Assembly (NCBI GenBank): GCA_944326915.1
Contig: CALVFT010000004.1
Span: 39,386-103,385, forward strand
Direction of reading: 5' to 3'
Source: Candidatus Gastranaerophilales bacterium
GTDB taxonomy: Bacteria; Cyanobacteriota; Vampirovibrionia; Gastranaerophilales; Gastranaerophilaceae
Length of the DNA: 64,000 nt
The notes below the pieces were generated by a model that was not told where the DNA came from, made no database searches, and saw only the letters and a list, made by a program, of their open reading frames with translations. Made by a program: the position numbers and the translations under genes. Each line of letters begins with the position of its first letter. The first letter of the stretch is position 1. Positions 39,742-48,917 of this stretch are shown piece after piece.

Positions 39742-40689
39742 ATGAAAGAAATAAATAATGTATTAATTTGTGGGATTGGAGCTGTCGGTAGCATATATGC
39801 CGATAAAATTCAAAGGTATTGCTCTAAAAATTTAAGAGTTTTGGTAGATAAAGAAAGGTTTGAGAGATATTCTAAAAATCCGACAATATTTAATGGGAAT
39901 GTCTTGAATTTTAATTATGTTCTACCTGAGGAAAATAATTTCAAAGCTGATTTGATAATCATAGCAACAAAATATGAGGGCCTTGATGAAGCTTTAGAAA
40001 ATATTGCCAATTTTGTCTATGACGACACTGTTATTTTAGCGCTTTTGAACGGAGTTACAAGTGAAAAAATCATAGCAGCAAGGTATGGCAGAGAAAAAGT
40101 GTTATATTCTTATTTCATTGGACATAGTGCTATTAGGACAGGTCGAAATATTATTCATGATGATGTAAATACAATTGTTTACGGCTCAGAAAATGCAAAA
40201 GATTATGATAATGTTCAGAGAGTAAAAGAATATTTTGAGCGCGTAGGCATAAATTATTTAATTCCTGACGATATCATTCACTCAATGTGGTTAAAGTTTA
40301 TGCTGAATGTGAGTGCAAATCAAACTACAGCAATATTAAGATTTGATTTTGGACAAATGTTGAATAATGAAAAATGTATGCAATTCGCTGTCAACGTAAT
40401 GAAAGAAGTACAAGCAATTGCTAAAGCAGAAGGTGTAAGAAATTCTGATAAATTGATTGATGAAACTGTTGAAAAGCTGCATACAATGATTCCAGAAGGA
40501 AAAACTTCAATGTTACAGGATGTTGAAGCAGGACGCAAAACGGAAGTTGATATGTTTGCAGGTACGGTTATTGCGTATGGTAAAAAACATGGTATTCCGA
40601 CTCCATACAATAAAATCTTGAAAGAATTAATAGATACAATATATGAAAATGAACAAGTGATCAATAATAAAAATTTAGTATTGACTTAA
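39742..40689 (+). CDS. panE: 2-dehydropantoate 2-reductase (ApbA/PanE family)
   Basis: VLICGIGAVGSIYA Rossmann N-terminus; KFMLNVSANQTTAIL and SMLQDVEAGRKTEVD blocks. The ATG at 39742 is preferred to the TTG at 39721. Confidence 0.8.
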   Translation: MKEINNVLICGIGAVGSIYADKIQRYCSKNLRVLVDKERFERYSKNPTIFNGNVLNFNYVLPEENNFKADLIIIATKYEGLDEALENIANFVYDDTVILALLNGVTSEKIIAARYGREKVLYSYFIGHSAIRTGRNIIHDDVNTIVYGSENAKDYDNVQRVKEYFERVGINYLIPDDIIHSMWLKFMLNVSANQTTAILRFDFGQMLNNEKCMQFAVNVMKEVQAIAKAEGVRNSDKLIDETVEKLHTMIPEGKTSMLQDVEAGRKTEVDMFAGTVIAYGKKHGIPTPYNKILKELIDTIYENEQVINNKNLVLT

Positions 40690-40922
40690 TAGTCAATACT
40701 TTTATTTTGGTTATTATTAATTTCTATTGTTTGATTTCTTATATTTTGAATTTCATTTACTTGCGCATCAATTTCTTCTTGTACACTTCTTGTATTAATT
40801 GAAGACCCTCCAATTCCTGCGCCTCCAATTCCTTTGAATGTATTTATCATTAGTAGGAACATTACAGAAATTATAACAAGTCCAAGTAAAAGACTAATCA
40901 TTCCAAAAGCATTTTTTTTCAT
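40686..40922 (-). CDS. Small single-pass membrane protein
   Basis: 78 aa. TM helix MISLLLGLVIISVMFLLMI, a Gly-rich stretch GIGGAGIGGSS, and a polar tail. No family recognised. Confidence 0.45.
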   Translation of the reverse strand: MKKNAFGMISLLLGLVIISVMFLLMINTFKGIGGAGIGGSSINTRSVQEEIDAQVNEIQNIRNQTIEINNNQNKSIDY

Positions 40923-40934
40923 AAACCTATTTCC

Positions 40935-41306
40935 CTATGTTAATTTATTTTTCTCTATGAAGAAAATGATAGCGTCTTCTTTAGTTTTTGGTGTCCTTAA
41001 AACATCGTTAGCAGTATTTGAGATATTAACATTTCTTCCAAATATTCTGTTATAAATTGTTAAACCACCAAAAATAAGAAAGGAAGATATTACAACTCCA
41101 GCCATTGCGTACAAAAATTTGATAATAGTTCCATGTAATGAAGGAACTGCTGTACCAGTTGTGACTTTAGCTACAGGCTGAACAGATTGTGCCGCATTAC
41201 TTGTTGCGGCACAATGTCCAATATCATTTGTTAAAAAATACACTAAAGCTATTAATCCAATAATGGATATAACTTTTATCGTACTATTCTTCAACTTTTT
41301 CCTCAC
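40935..41306 (-). CDS. Small two-TM membrane protein
   Basis: 123 aa. The start overlaps the RNase E/G 3' end by 23 nt. TM segments VISIIGLIALVYFL and AMAGVVISSFLIFGGLTIY. Confidence 0.45.
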   Translation of the reverse strand: MRKKLKNSTIKVISIIGLIALVYFLTNDIGHCAATSNAAQSVQPVAKVTTGTAVPSLHGTIIKFLYAMAGVVISSFLIFGGLTIYNRIFGRNVNISNTANDVLRTPKTKEDAIIFFIEKNKLT

Positions 41307-43194
41307 TTACTTCTTTTGTTTTTTGGCTCGCTCTTGGTTTTCTTGTTTTAGAAGTACCTCTATTAGGCCTTCTTGTTTTTTTAGGTTTTTCTTCAGTAGT
41401 TTCTTCTTGACTTTCTTCTTTTGTTTCTGATGAAGTTTCTACAGCCACTTCTGTATCAGATTTTTCTTCAGATTGAGCGGGTTCTTTTTTGTCATTTTTT
41501 GTTTTTGTTTTAGGTTGTTCTTCTTTTTCTGTTTTTTCGTTTTTAGTAGAAGTTGTTTTTTCTTCTGATTGTTCTTTTTCTATAGCAGCATCTTCTGTAA
41601 TTATTGGTTTTATTTCCTCGTTTGGTTTTAATACAGTTTCAGCTGTTTCTATTTTATTCTCAAAATTAATTTCTAGATTTTCTTTTTGTTTATTTTTTTC
41701 AAATCTATTACGTTTATTTTTCTTTTTGTTGTTGTTTTCTCTTTTTTCATTTTCTTGAATTGCAACATTTGAAGGGTTTTCAACTTCAATTTCAACAGGA
41801 GTTTGAGGTTGTTGTTCCACTACTTCTTGTTGTTGAGTTTGAGGTTGTTGATTATTTTTATTCTTTTTAAATTTGTTGTTGTTATTATTAATCGGTAATT
41901 TCATTTTTGCAGCTTTAGCTCGATATTCACCTTCAGCTGTTGGCGTTGCAAAATTGAAATCAATCATTGAATATCCTGTACCTTGACAGTGAGGACATTT
42001 TTTAGTGAATATTTCAGAAAGAGATTGTCCTTGTCTGTGGCGAGTTAATTCAACAAGACCAAGATCAGAAAGTTGACCAACTTGAGGTTTTGCTTTATCA
42101 GGTTCAAGTGCAATTTCTAATTCTTCCATAATTGCGAGCTTATCAGCCCTTGATAGCATATCTATAAAGTCTACGATAATCATTCCACCGATGTTTCTTA
42201 ATCTTAATTGTCTTGCGATTTCGTGGACTGCTTCTATATTTGTTTTCAAAATAGTTTCATCTTGAGTAGAAGAACTTGTAAACTTACCACTGTTTACATC
42301 AATTACAGTAAGTGCTTCTGTTGTTTGAATGAATAGATATCCTCCGGATGGCATATTAACTTTTACATTCAATGCAGCTTTTATTTCTTTATGGATGTCA
42401 GTTGCAACAAGTAAAGGTTCTGTTCCTTTGTATAGAGTTACTTGTACATTTTTATTCATATGCCAGTTTTGTAAAATGTTTTGTACTCTACTTAGGGCAA
42501 ATGCTGTATCTACAATAATTTCTTTAGTATTTTCTGTACAAGCTTCTCTTATTACCCTATATAGTAAGTCTTGATCTCTATAGATTAAATTTGGAGGAGT
42601 AAGAGTTTCTGCTGAAGTGATTATGTTATTCCATTTTTCAAGTAAAATTTCTAAATCTTCTTGAATATCTGCTTCAGACTGCCCCTCTGCTTCTGTTCTA
42701 ATTATTACACCAACTCCAACCGGTTTGATTAGGCTAACGATTGCTTTAAGTCTAGCTCTTTCTTTTGAGTTTTCGATTTTCTTACTGATACTAATTCCAG
42801 GCTCATTTGGCATTAAGACTAAAAATCTTCCTGGAAGACTTATTTCTGTTGTAACTCTTGGACCTTTGTGTCCAGTTGGTTCTTTAGTTACTTGTACAAT
42901 CAACTTTTGTTTTGGAGATAATTTATCTTTTAGAGCTCCTTTGCCCATAACATCTTGAGCGTGTAAAAAGCCCATTTTATCCGTGCCTACATTTACAAAA
43001 GCGGCATCAATACTTGGTAAAATATTATCTACTGTTGCTAAATAAACATCTCCTAAAATTACTTCGCCTCGGTGGATAAAAAAGTCTGTGACTTTTCCGT
43101 TTTCTGTAACCGCAGCAATATTATCACGTTCAGCGATAATAATCTTTTGTTCTACGTTCTGAACATTTCCGTTTCTGTTTCTGTCGTTTGCCAT
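41284..43194 (-). CDS. rne: Ribonuclease E/G family endoribonuclease with long charged C-terminal tail
   Basis: S1 domain VYLATVDNILPSIDAAFVNVGTDKMGFLH, catalytic core IDVNSGKF, Zn-link CPHCQGTGY, then a ~220-aa K/E/N/Q-rich low-complexity tail. Confidence 0.9.
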   Translation of the reverse strand: MANDRNRNGNVQNVEQKIIIAERDNIAAVTENGKVTDFFIHRGEVILGDVYLATVDNILPSIDAAFVNVGTDKMGFLHAQDVMGKGALKDKLSPKQKLIVQVTKEPTGHKGPRVTTEISLPGRFLVLMPNEPGISISKKIENSKERARLKAIVSLIKPVGVGVIIRTEAEGQSEADIQEDLEILLEKWNNIITSAETLTPPNLIYRDQDLLYRVIREACTENTKEIIVDTAFALSRVQNILQNWHMNKNVQVTLYKGTEPLLVATDIHKEIKAALNVKVNMPSGGYLFIQTTEALTVIDVNSGKFTSSSTQDETILKTNIEAVHEIARQLRLRNIGGMIIVDFIDMLSRADKLAIMEELEIALEPDKAKPQVGQLSDLGLVELTRHRQGQSLSEIFTKKCPHCQGTGYSMIDFNFATPTAEGEYRAKAAKMKLPINNNNNKFKKNKNNQQPQTQQQEVVEQQPQTPVEIEVENPSNVAIQENEKRENNNKKKNKRNRFEKNKQKENLEINFENKIETAETVLKPNEEIKPIITEDAAIEKEQSEEKTTSTKNEKTEKEEQPKTKTKNDKKEPAQSEEKSDTEVAVETSSETKEESQEETTEEKPKKTRRPNRGTSKTRKPRASQKTKEVSEEKVEE

Positions 43195-43215
43195 AAAAAA
43201 TCCTTTTAATTAAAC

Positions 43216-45729
43216 TTATAACTCATTTAATTCACTATCTAAAAAACGGGTTCTTTTGATATTAAACACGACATCAGGTGCTATTAAATTCATTAGTACA
43301 TCAGCTCTCAATGCAGGAATATCAATGTTTTGACCTGTCTTTAAGATTATGAACAGACTTTCATCTTCAAATCTATATGATTTTATTGATGGTTTTATGT
43401 CTGTTTTTTTAATTAAACCTTTTTTGTTTTTCTTCTCGATAAAAATTTCATTAGAAGATAAAACTTTGTCTGTATTATATCTTAAAGTTTCAAAATCGTA
43501 AAGGGTCTTGTTGAAAATATTTATTTCATATTCTGCCCAACAAGCTGTCATATCAATTGCTTTTATATTTCTTTCTATTTTTACAATACTTATTATCTTT
43601 GATTGCTCAGGTAGAACTTTTTCCAGTTTAGATTTTAGCTCTGCTTCTGATAAATTGTCAAAAAGTTCTATATCTACTAATTCACATTCACTTTCAGCAA
43701 ATAGAGGTAATGCAATACCCATAGAAACTTTCATTGATGGATTATATCCTAGGGAAAATACCACATTCAAACCGCTTCTAGAAAGCGCTTTAAAGAAAGT
43801 ATTTTGCCAATCAAGGTGAGAAAAATATTTTAAAATTCCTGTTTTTGTTAATTTAATTCTGTATTTATAAATTTCTTTGTCATATGCTTGAGTTGTTTTA
43901 GGGTCTTTATGTTCTATTTTCAAATTTTGTGCAGCATCGCTTGCCGTGTATTTAGGAGCAATAATTTTTCTTACTTTTAAATTTTTGCACACTCCACAAT
44001 TAACACAACCTTTTTCGCAAGTTGGTTGAATTCCAGAGGCAGTTTGTGCTTTTTCAAACTCCTCTACGAACCATTTCTTATCTACACCTATATCAATAAA
44101 ATCCCAAGGAAGTTCTTCAATCGTTGAATATTGCTTTTGTGCAAGTACTTCTAAGTCAATACCTAATTCTTTTGCGGTATCTTCCCAAACATCTTTATTA
44201 AAATATTCACCCCAAGCGTCAAGGTAGCAGCCTTTTTTATAAAGAGCCTCAATGTACTTACACAAAGATTTATCTCCTCTTGTAAGTACAGCTTCAATTC
44301 TTGATACAACACCTTCGTGGTAATTAATTTTTAAATTTTTTATATGGGCTGTTTTTTCTTTCAAATATTTAATATGTTCTGAAACTTTTTCTAAATTCAT
44401 TTGTCCATACCATTGGAATGGTGTAAATGGTTTTGGTACAAAAATTGACAAAGTACAAGTTACTTCAAGACCATGTGCAAGTCCTTTTTCTTTTTTTATT
44501 AAACGAGAACGGTATCTGATTTTGTTCAAAAGCTCTGCCATTTCATCCATATCTTCAAGAGTTTCAGTAGGAAGTCCGCATATAAAATAGAATTTAACTT
44601 TTGACCAACCGTTTTTATAAAGAGTAAGTACAGCGTCAAGAATCTGATCTTCTGTAATATTCTTTTTTATAACATCTCTAAGTCTCTGGCTCCCAGCTTC
44701 TGGAGCAAGTGTCATTGTTGATTTTCTTACACTTTGAACTAGATCTGCAAGTTCTAAGCTAAAGCCATCAATTCTTTGGCTAGGAAGAGAGACTGACACT
44801 TTCTTTTCATTAAAATCCAGTGCAAGTTCTTTAATTACTTCTTTTATATTTCCATAGTCATTTGAAGATAATGATAATAGAGAATATTCATCATAACCTG
44901 TATTTTTTACTAATTCTTTTGCAATTTTGATTATATCTTCAGCAGGTCTTTCTCTTATTGGAAGTGTAACATGTCCTGGTTGGCAGAAACGGCACATTCT
45001 ACCGCATCCGCGTCTAATTTCGACAACTGCTCTATCTTGTACCGATGTAGAAAAAGGTATAGGGTAGGATTTTAGAGCTGTATCATATGTTAATTGAGCT
45101 ATTCTTTTGGTGACTTTACCTCCAAAAATTGAAGCCCATCTTCCTGAATTTTCACCTTCGACAAGAGATTTTATTCTCTCTTTTCTTGGTAATCCTTTTG
45201 TTTTTTCTAAAATTTCACAAACTTCAATAATACTATCTTCGCCGTCACCAATCATGAACACATCAATAAAATCTGCGACAGGAAGTGGGTTAAAAGCACA
45301 AGGTCCACCTGCAATAATTATTGGATCGTTATCTGTTCTATCTTCGTTTCGGTATGGAATTCCAGCCATTTCAAGCATTTTTAAAACAGTTGGGTATGCC
45401 ATTTCGTACTGCAAAGAAAAACCTACCGCGTCAAATTCTTTTAGAGCTTTTTTGCTTTCTAATGTATATAAAGGATTTGGTTGGAAATCTTTTTCAGGAG
45501 CATAAACTCTATCAGCCATGTAATTCGGTTGTTTATTTACTAAATCATATAGGACTCTGAGTCCAAGATTGCTTATGCCAATCTCATATTTATCAGGGAA
45601 TGCAAATGCAAATCTTACTTTTGCACTATCAAAATCTTTATTATATGAAAGAAATTCTCCACCTACATATTGGTATGGCTTGTTACTTTTGAAAAGGGCT
45701 TCGTGATAATCTCTAAAAAAACAATTCAT
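43216..45729 (-). CDS. Radical SAM protein fused to a DUF2344-type domain (TIGR03960/TIGR03936-like)
   Basis: 837 aa. RRGCGRMCRFCQPG cluster motif, B12-binding-like N-terminal region, and a C-terminal ~230-aa module. Sits immediately upstream of RNase E/G, as in many genomes. Confidence 0.8.
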   Translation of the reverse strand: MNCFFRDYHEALFKSNKPYQYVGGEFLSYNKDFDSAKVRFAFAFPDKYEIGISNLGLRVLYDLVNKQPNYMADRVYAPEKDFQPNPLYTLESKKALKEFDAVGFSLQYEMAYPTVLKMLEMAGIPYRNEDRTDNDPIIIAGGPCAFNPLPVADFIDVFMIGDGEDSIIEVCEILEKTKGLPRKERIKSLVEGENSGRWASIFGGKVTKRIAQLTYDTALKSYPIPFSTSVQDRAVVEIRRGCGRMCRFCQPGHVTLPIRERPAEDIIKIAKELVKNTGYDEYSLLSLSSNDYGNIKEVIKELALDFNEKKVSVSLPSQRIDGFSLELADLVQSVRKSTMTLAPEAGSQRLRDVIKKNITEDQILDAVLTLYKNGWSKVKFYFICGLPTETLEDMDEMAELLNKIRYRSRLIKKEKGLAHGLEVTCTLSIFVPKPFTPFQWYGQMNLEKVSEHIKYLKEKTAHIKNLKINYHEGVVSRIEAVLTRGDKSLCKYIEALYKKGCYLDAWGEYFNKDVWEDTAKELGIDLEVLAQKQYSTIEELPWDFIDIGVDKKWFVEEFEKAQTASGIQPTCEKGCVNCGVCKNLKVRKIIAPKYTASDAAQNLKIEHKDPKTTQAYDKEIYKYRIKLTKTGILKYFSHLDWQNTFFKALSRSGLNVVFSLGYNPSMKVSMGIALPLFAESECELVDIELFDNLSEAELKSKLEKVLPEQSKIISIVKIERNIKAIDMTACWAEYEINIFNKTLYDFETLRYNTDKVLSSNEIFIEKKNKKGLIKKTDIKPSIKSYRFEDESLFIILKTGQNIDIPALRADVLMNLIAPDVVFNIKRTRFLDSELNEL

Positions 45730-45744
45730 GCTACTCTACTTTCT

Positions 45745-46104
45745 TTATGCTAAACCTTCCGGAAAATATTTTTCTATTTCTATAATAGTTCCATCAAGTG
45801 TATTTTCTTCAAATGAGCGAATAAACTTAAATAAATCTTTGTTTGGTACATCATAATTATACAAAACAGTTTCATTTTTATATTTTCTCATAACACGCAC
45901 TATATAATGGCAACCTTCTGCATATTTCAAAAGATGTTCTTCGTTGAATTTATTCCCGTTTGTATCCTTGTCCAATCTAACGTAATTAAATCCCGCATAA
46001 AACTTTACTTTTTCTTGCGTTGGAAGCTCTTTGTTATGCTTGGAGAATATATTAATAACTTTTTTATTTATTTCGTCACTCATTTCACACCAACTTTTAT
46101 CCAT
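45745..46104 (-). CDS. Hypothetical protein
   Basis: 119-aa ORF in an operon-like position, 15 nt upstream of the rSAM start. No motif recognised. Confidence 0.45.
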   Translation of the reverse strand: MDKSWCEMSDEINKKVINIFSKHNKELPTQEKVKFYAGFNYVRLDKDTNGNKFNEEHLLKYAEGCHYIVRVMRKYKNETVLYNYDVPNKDLFKFIRSFEENTLDGTIIEIEKYFPEGLA

Positions 46105-46158
46105 GCTTATTAAACTACATGGAATACTGACATGTCTATAATGTTAAGTAAACTTAAA

Positions 46159-46473
46159 CTACACTTTGTCAGGATCAAAATCTTCGTATTCTTTTATAAA
46201 ATCAACGATTTCTAAAGCCATTTGATGTCTAATATCGAAAGGGGCATTTCTAAGGTATTCCATTGCATGTGATACTTTTATGTTTTTGTCATACCATCTT
46301 CGAAGTATATAATTGTACTGGTCATCTAAAGACAACTCAATGTCAAACTCAATATCTTTGAGTTTGTCAATAATAAAATCAGCACAACGAACCTGAATAT
46401 ATTCTTCAGTTTTTTCCAACTTAGCAATAGCTCTGCTTAAAGCAGGATCAATATCATACCAACGCATTTTCAT
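46159..46473 (-). CDS. Small double-RWYD-motif protein, paralog 2
   Basis: MKMRWYDIDPALSRAIAKLE...LRRWYDKNIKVSHAMEYLRN. The start is uncertain; the track ORF extends to the TTG at 46515. Confidence 0.5.
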   Translation of the reverse strand: MKMRWYDIDPALSRAIAKLEKTEEYIQVRCADFIIDKLKDIEFDIELSLDDQYNYILRRWYDKNIKVSHAMEYLRNAPFDIRHQMALEIVDFIKEYEDFDPDKV

Positions 46474-46520
46474 AGCTAAATAATAACTATTTTTTTTATA
46501 AAAGTCAATATACAAGCTCT

Positions 46521-46829
46521 TTAAGCTGGAGCTTTTTCTCTTAATTTAAGTAGGACTTCCTTTGATATCTGTATTTGATTAGCCTTAGTCATGCATTTTA
46601 GATACCTAAATGCGGTAGATAAGGTTTCATTTTTATCATACCATCTTTGATATTGATTTTGTTCAGAGGAATTACTTCCTGCTTCATTTTTAATAAAGTT
46701 TAAATCAGGATCAAGTTCTTTTCCTCTTTGTATAATATATTTTGCACTGTCTATTTGTAATCTTTCACTTGCAAGTTCTATCATACTGATTGCTATACAA
46801 ACATCAGGTTCAACATCATACCAACGCAT
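46521..46829 (-). CDS. Small double-RWYD-motif protein, paralog 1
   Basis: GGGAGG RBS, then ATG at 46829. MRWYDVEPDVCIAISMIE...YQRWYDKNETLSTAFRYLK. Confidence 0.55.
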   Translation of the reverse strand: MRWYDVEPDVCIAISMIELASERLQIDSAKYIIQRGKELDPDLNFIKNEAGSNSSEQNQYQRWYDKNETLSTAFRYLKCMTKANQIQISKEVLLKLREKAPA

Positions 46830-46936
46830 AATATCCTCCCTATATACAATATACATATTTCTTGTACCCATATTTTAACATAATCAAACATTATATAAAG
46901 TTTTGTTTTTAAAAAATCCTGTTGTATAATTTGATT

Positions 46937-48094
46937 ATGAAGAAAAAACTTGCGGTATTATTATTGATATCTTTTTTGGCTAATACATCATTGGCTTATG
47001 CAGATGTGTTAGAAGGGCATGCAGAAAAGTCTGATAATTATTATCAAGATAAAATTCAAAAAGAACTTTTTACTGGAGAAGTAGAAAAACTTGAAAAAAA
47101 AGATGTTATAAATATGACAGTATCTCAGGTTTTAGATTCTACTATAAATATGGAAGGTGATGAGTTTTTTGCAGAAGTAACATCTGAAGTGTACGGTGAT
47201 AAGGGAGTGATTATTCCAAAGGGAACAATCGCTCATGGCAAAATAACTCAATCAGGAGATGCAAAACGTCTAGGTCGTTCTGCTTGGATTGAAATGGATT
47301 TTGATTATTTAATAACTCCAGATGGTAGGGAGATTCCTATTGATGGAAAAATGACGACAAAGATGCATCCTGTAGCAGAAGCGGGGAAAATTGCAGTACA
47401 AGATGTTGGCTATACTCTTGCAGGGGGTGCTGTTGGAGGGTTTATGGCTCTAAACTGGTTGGGGCTTGAGGCTGCTATAGCATCTCAAGGCTATACTCTC
47501 GCAGGGGGTGCTGCTGTCGGTGGAGCAATAGGACTTGGTATGGCGTTGATAAGAAAAGGACATGATGTTCTAATCGCTCCTGGAGATGAAATAAGAGTAA
47601 AAGTTAATACAAGCGTTTCTTTACCTGTATATAAAGCTACTGCGTTGATGCAACATGAACTTTTTTATCCTGGACTAGATATTCATATAAGCGATATAAG
47701 GCATGAAAAAGATCCGTTTGGAGAATTAAATACGCTTACTTTAACAATTCTTGTTTCAAATTTGTCTGACAAGACTTTATCAGGTCTTGATATGGCTCTA
47801 ATAAATGATTATAATTCATCTTTTAGACCTTCAATATTTGGTGATACGAAAATTATGTTTAAGCAGATTAAGCCTGGTGATAAAATAGCCGGTCAAATTT
47901 CTTTTTCTGTTGATAATATAAATAGAAAGTTTTGGTTGGTATTTTTTGATAGGCGTAATGGAAAACCTTTATGCAAAATTTCGTTAGATAACGCATATAG
48001 AGGAGTGTCTGCAAAGACAAAAAGAAGGAATGAAAAATTAAGAAAAAAAGCGACAAATTTTAAAAAAGAAGAAGATTTGTTTGATATAGAATAA
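46937..48094 (+). CDS. Secreted TrbI/VirB10-like beta-barrel domain protein with Gly-zipper repeat and extra C-terminal domain
   Basis: Signal peptide MKKKLAVLLLISFLANTSLAYA. Block EVTSEVYGDKGVIIPKGTIAHGKI...WIEMDFDYLITPDGREIPIDG resembles the VirB10/TrbI core. Duplicated GYTLAGGA(V/A)VGG. Confidence 0.5.
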   Translation: MKKKLAVLLLISFLANTSLAYADVLEGHAEKSDNYYQDKIQKELFTGEVEKLEKKDVINMTVSQVLDSTINMEGDEFFAEVTSEVYGDKGVIIPKGTIAHGKITQSGDAKRLGRSAWIEMDFDYLITPDGREIPIDGKMTTKMHPVAEAGKIAVQDVGYTLAGGAVGGFMALNWLGLEAAIASQGYTLAGGAAVGGAIGLGMALIRKGHDVLIAPGDEIRVKVNTSVSLPVYKATALMQHELFYPGLDIHISDIRHEKDPFGELNTLTLTILVSNLSDKTLSGLDMALINDYNSSFRPSIFGDTKIMFKQIKPGDKIAGQISFSVDNINRKFWLVFFDRRNGKPLCKISLDNAYRGVSAKTKRRNEKLRKKATNFKKEEDLFDIE

Positions 48095-48186
48095 TTGTAA
48101 AAAAATTTGTATAAATAGCTTGTGTTTATTCGTTTATGTGTTACAATATTAGTAATTGATAGTAAGTAAAGAAAGTAGAGGAACAT

Positions 48187-48528
48187 ATGGTTTGTGGCAG
48201 GCTTGAAATAGATATTTTAAACTCGTTCTGGAATTTAACGAAAGACAACGAAGATAGGGACGTTTCTATCCAAGATGTTGTAGATGAACTTTCAAAGAAT
48301 GGTGTTGATAGAGCTTATACAACAATAAAAACAGTAATGGATAGACTTACTGTAAAAAGTATACTTGTTCGTTATAAGGTTGGTAAAAAATTCTATTATA
48401 AAGCTACAATGTATAAAAAAGAGATGTCTATGGATGCTGTAAAAACAGTAGTAGATCAATTTTTTGATGGTAGTTATGTTTCTCTTTTAAGATTTATAGA
48501 AAAAGAGTGCGATAATTTATTAGTGTAA
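48187..48528 (+). CDS. BlaI/MecI/CopY-family winged-helix repressor
   Basis: 113 aa. LEIDILNSFWNL...VSIQDVVDEL...AYTTIKTVMDRLTVKSILVRYKVGKKFYYKA matches the Penicillinase_R pattern. TGTTACAAT extended -10 upstream. Confidence 0.75.
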   Translation: MVCGRLEIDILNSFWNLTKDNEDRDVSIQDVVDELSKNGVDRAYTTIKTVMDRLTVKSILVRYKVGKKFYYKATMYKKEMSMDAVKTVVDQFFDGSYVSLLRFIEKECDNLLV

Positions 48529-48530
48529 AA

Positions 48531-48917
48531 ATGTCAAAAGAATTATCAAATCCTGAAGATAGAGCTGTTGTTGCAGAACTTATCAGAAAAGTTTTGATGC
48601 ACTATATTTGTGTTAGGGAGGCTATTTTAGCTTTTCCTAAAGATTCGCAAGATTCAAGTATAATTGCTGCATACCATGCTCTTGTGCATTACGAGGCAGA
48701 TGAAGATTTAAGGCTTAGAGATCCTCTTTATAAAGAGGAACAGGACGACTATTTAGAATTTATTTCATATATACTTGAACGTGGAGAAAGTTTGCCTGAT
48801 AATATTATAAAAAACTATGAAAAATATTATTCTTCAGCGAGTCTTCCTCATGAAAATAATACAAAAGGTTTCTTGCATAGTTTTTTAAAGTTTTTAAATA
48901 TAGAGGAGAAGAAGTAA
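48531..48917 (+). CDS. Hypothetical cytoplasmic helical protein, where a BlaR1-type sensor would normally sit
   Basis: 128 aa, no TM segment and no HEXXH. Starts 2 nt after the BlaI stop, and its stop overlaps the next ATG (TAATG). Confidence 0.5.
   Translation: MSKELSNPEDRAVVAELIRKVLMHYICVREAILAFPKDSQDSSIIAAYHALVHYEADEDLRLRDPLYKEEQDDYLEFISYILERGESLPDNIIKNYEKYYSSASLPHENNTKGFLHSFLKFLNIEEKK

Noticed and set aside
48095-48186. BlaI/CopY-type TACA-N-TGTA operator upstream of the BlaI-like gene
   Set aside because: Only a weak TTGTA...TACAA pair about 30 nt apart and an imperfect ATTTGTATAAAT palindrome are present. That is not enough to call an operator by eye.
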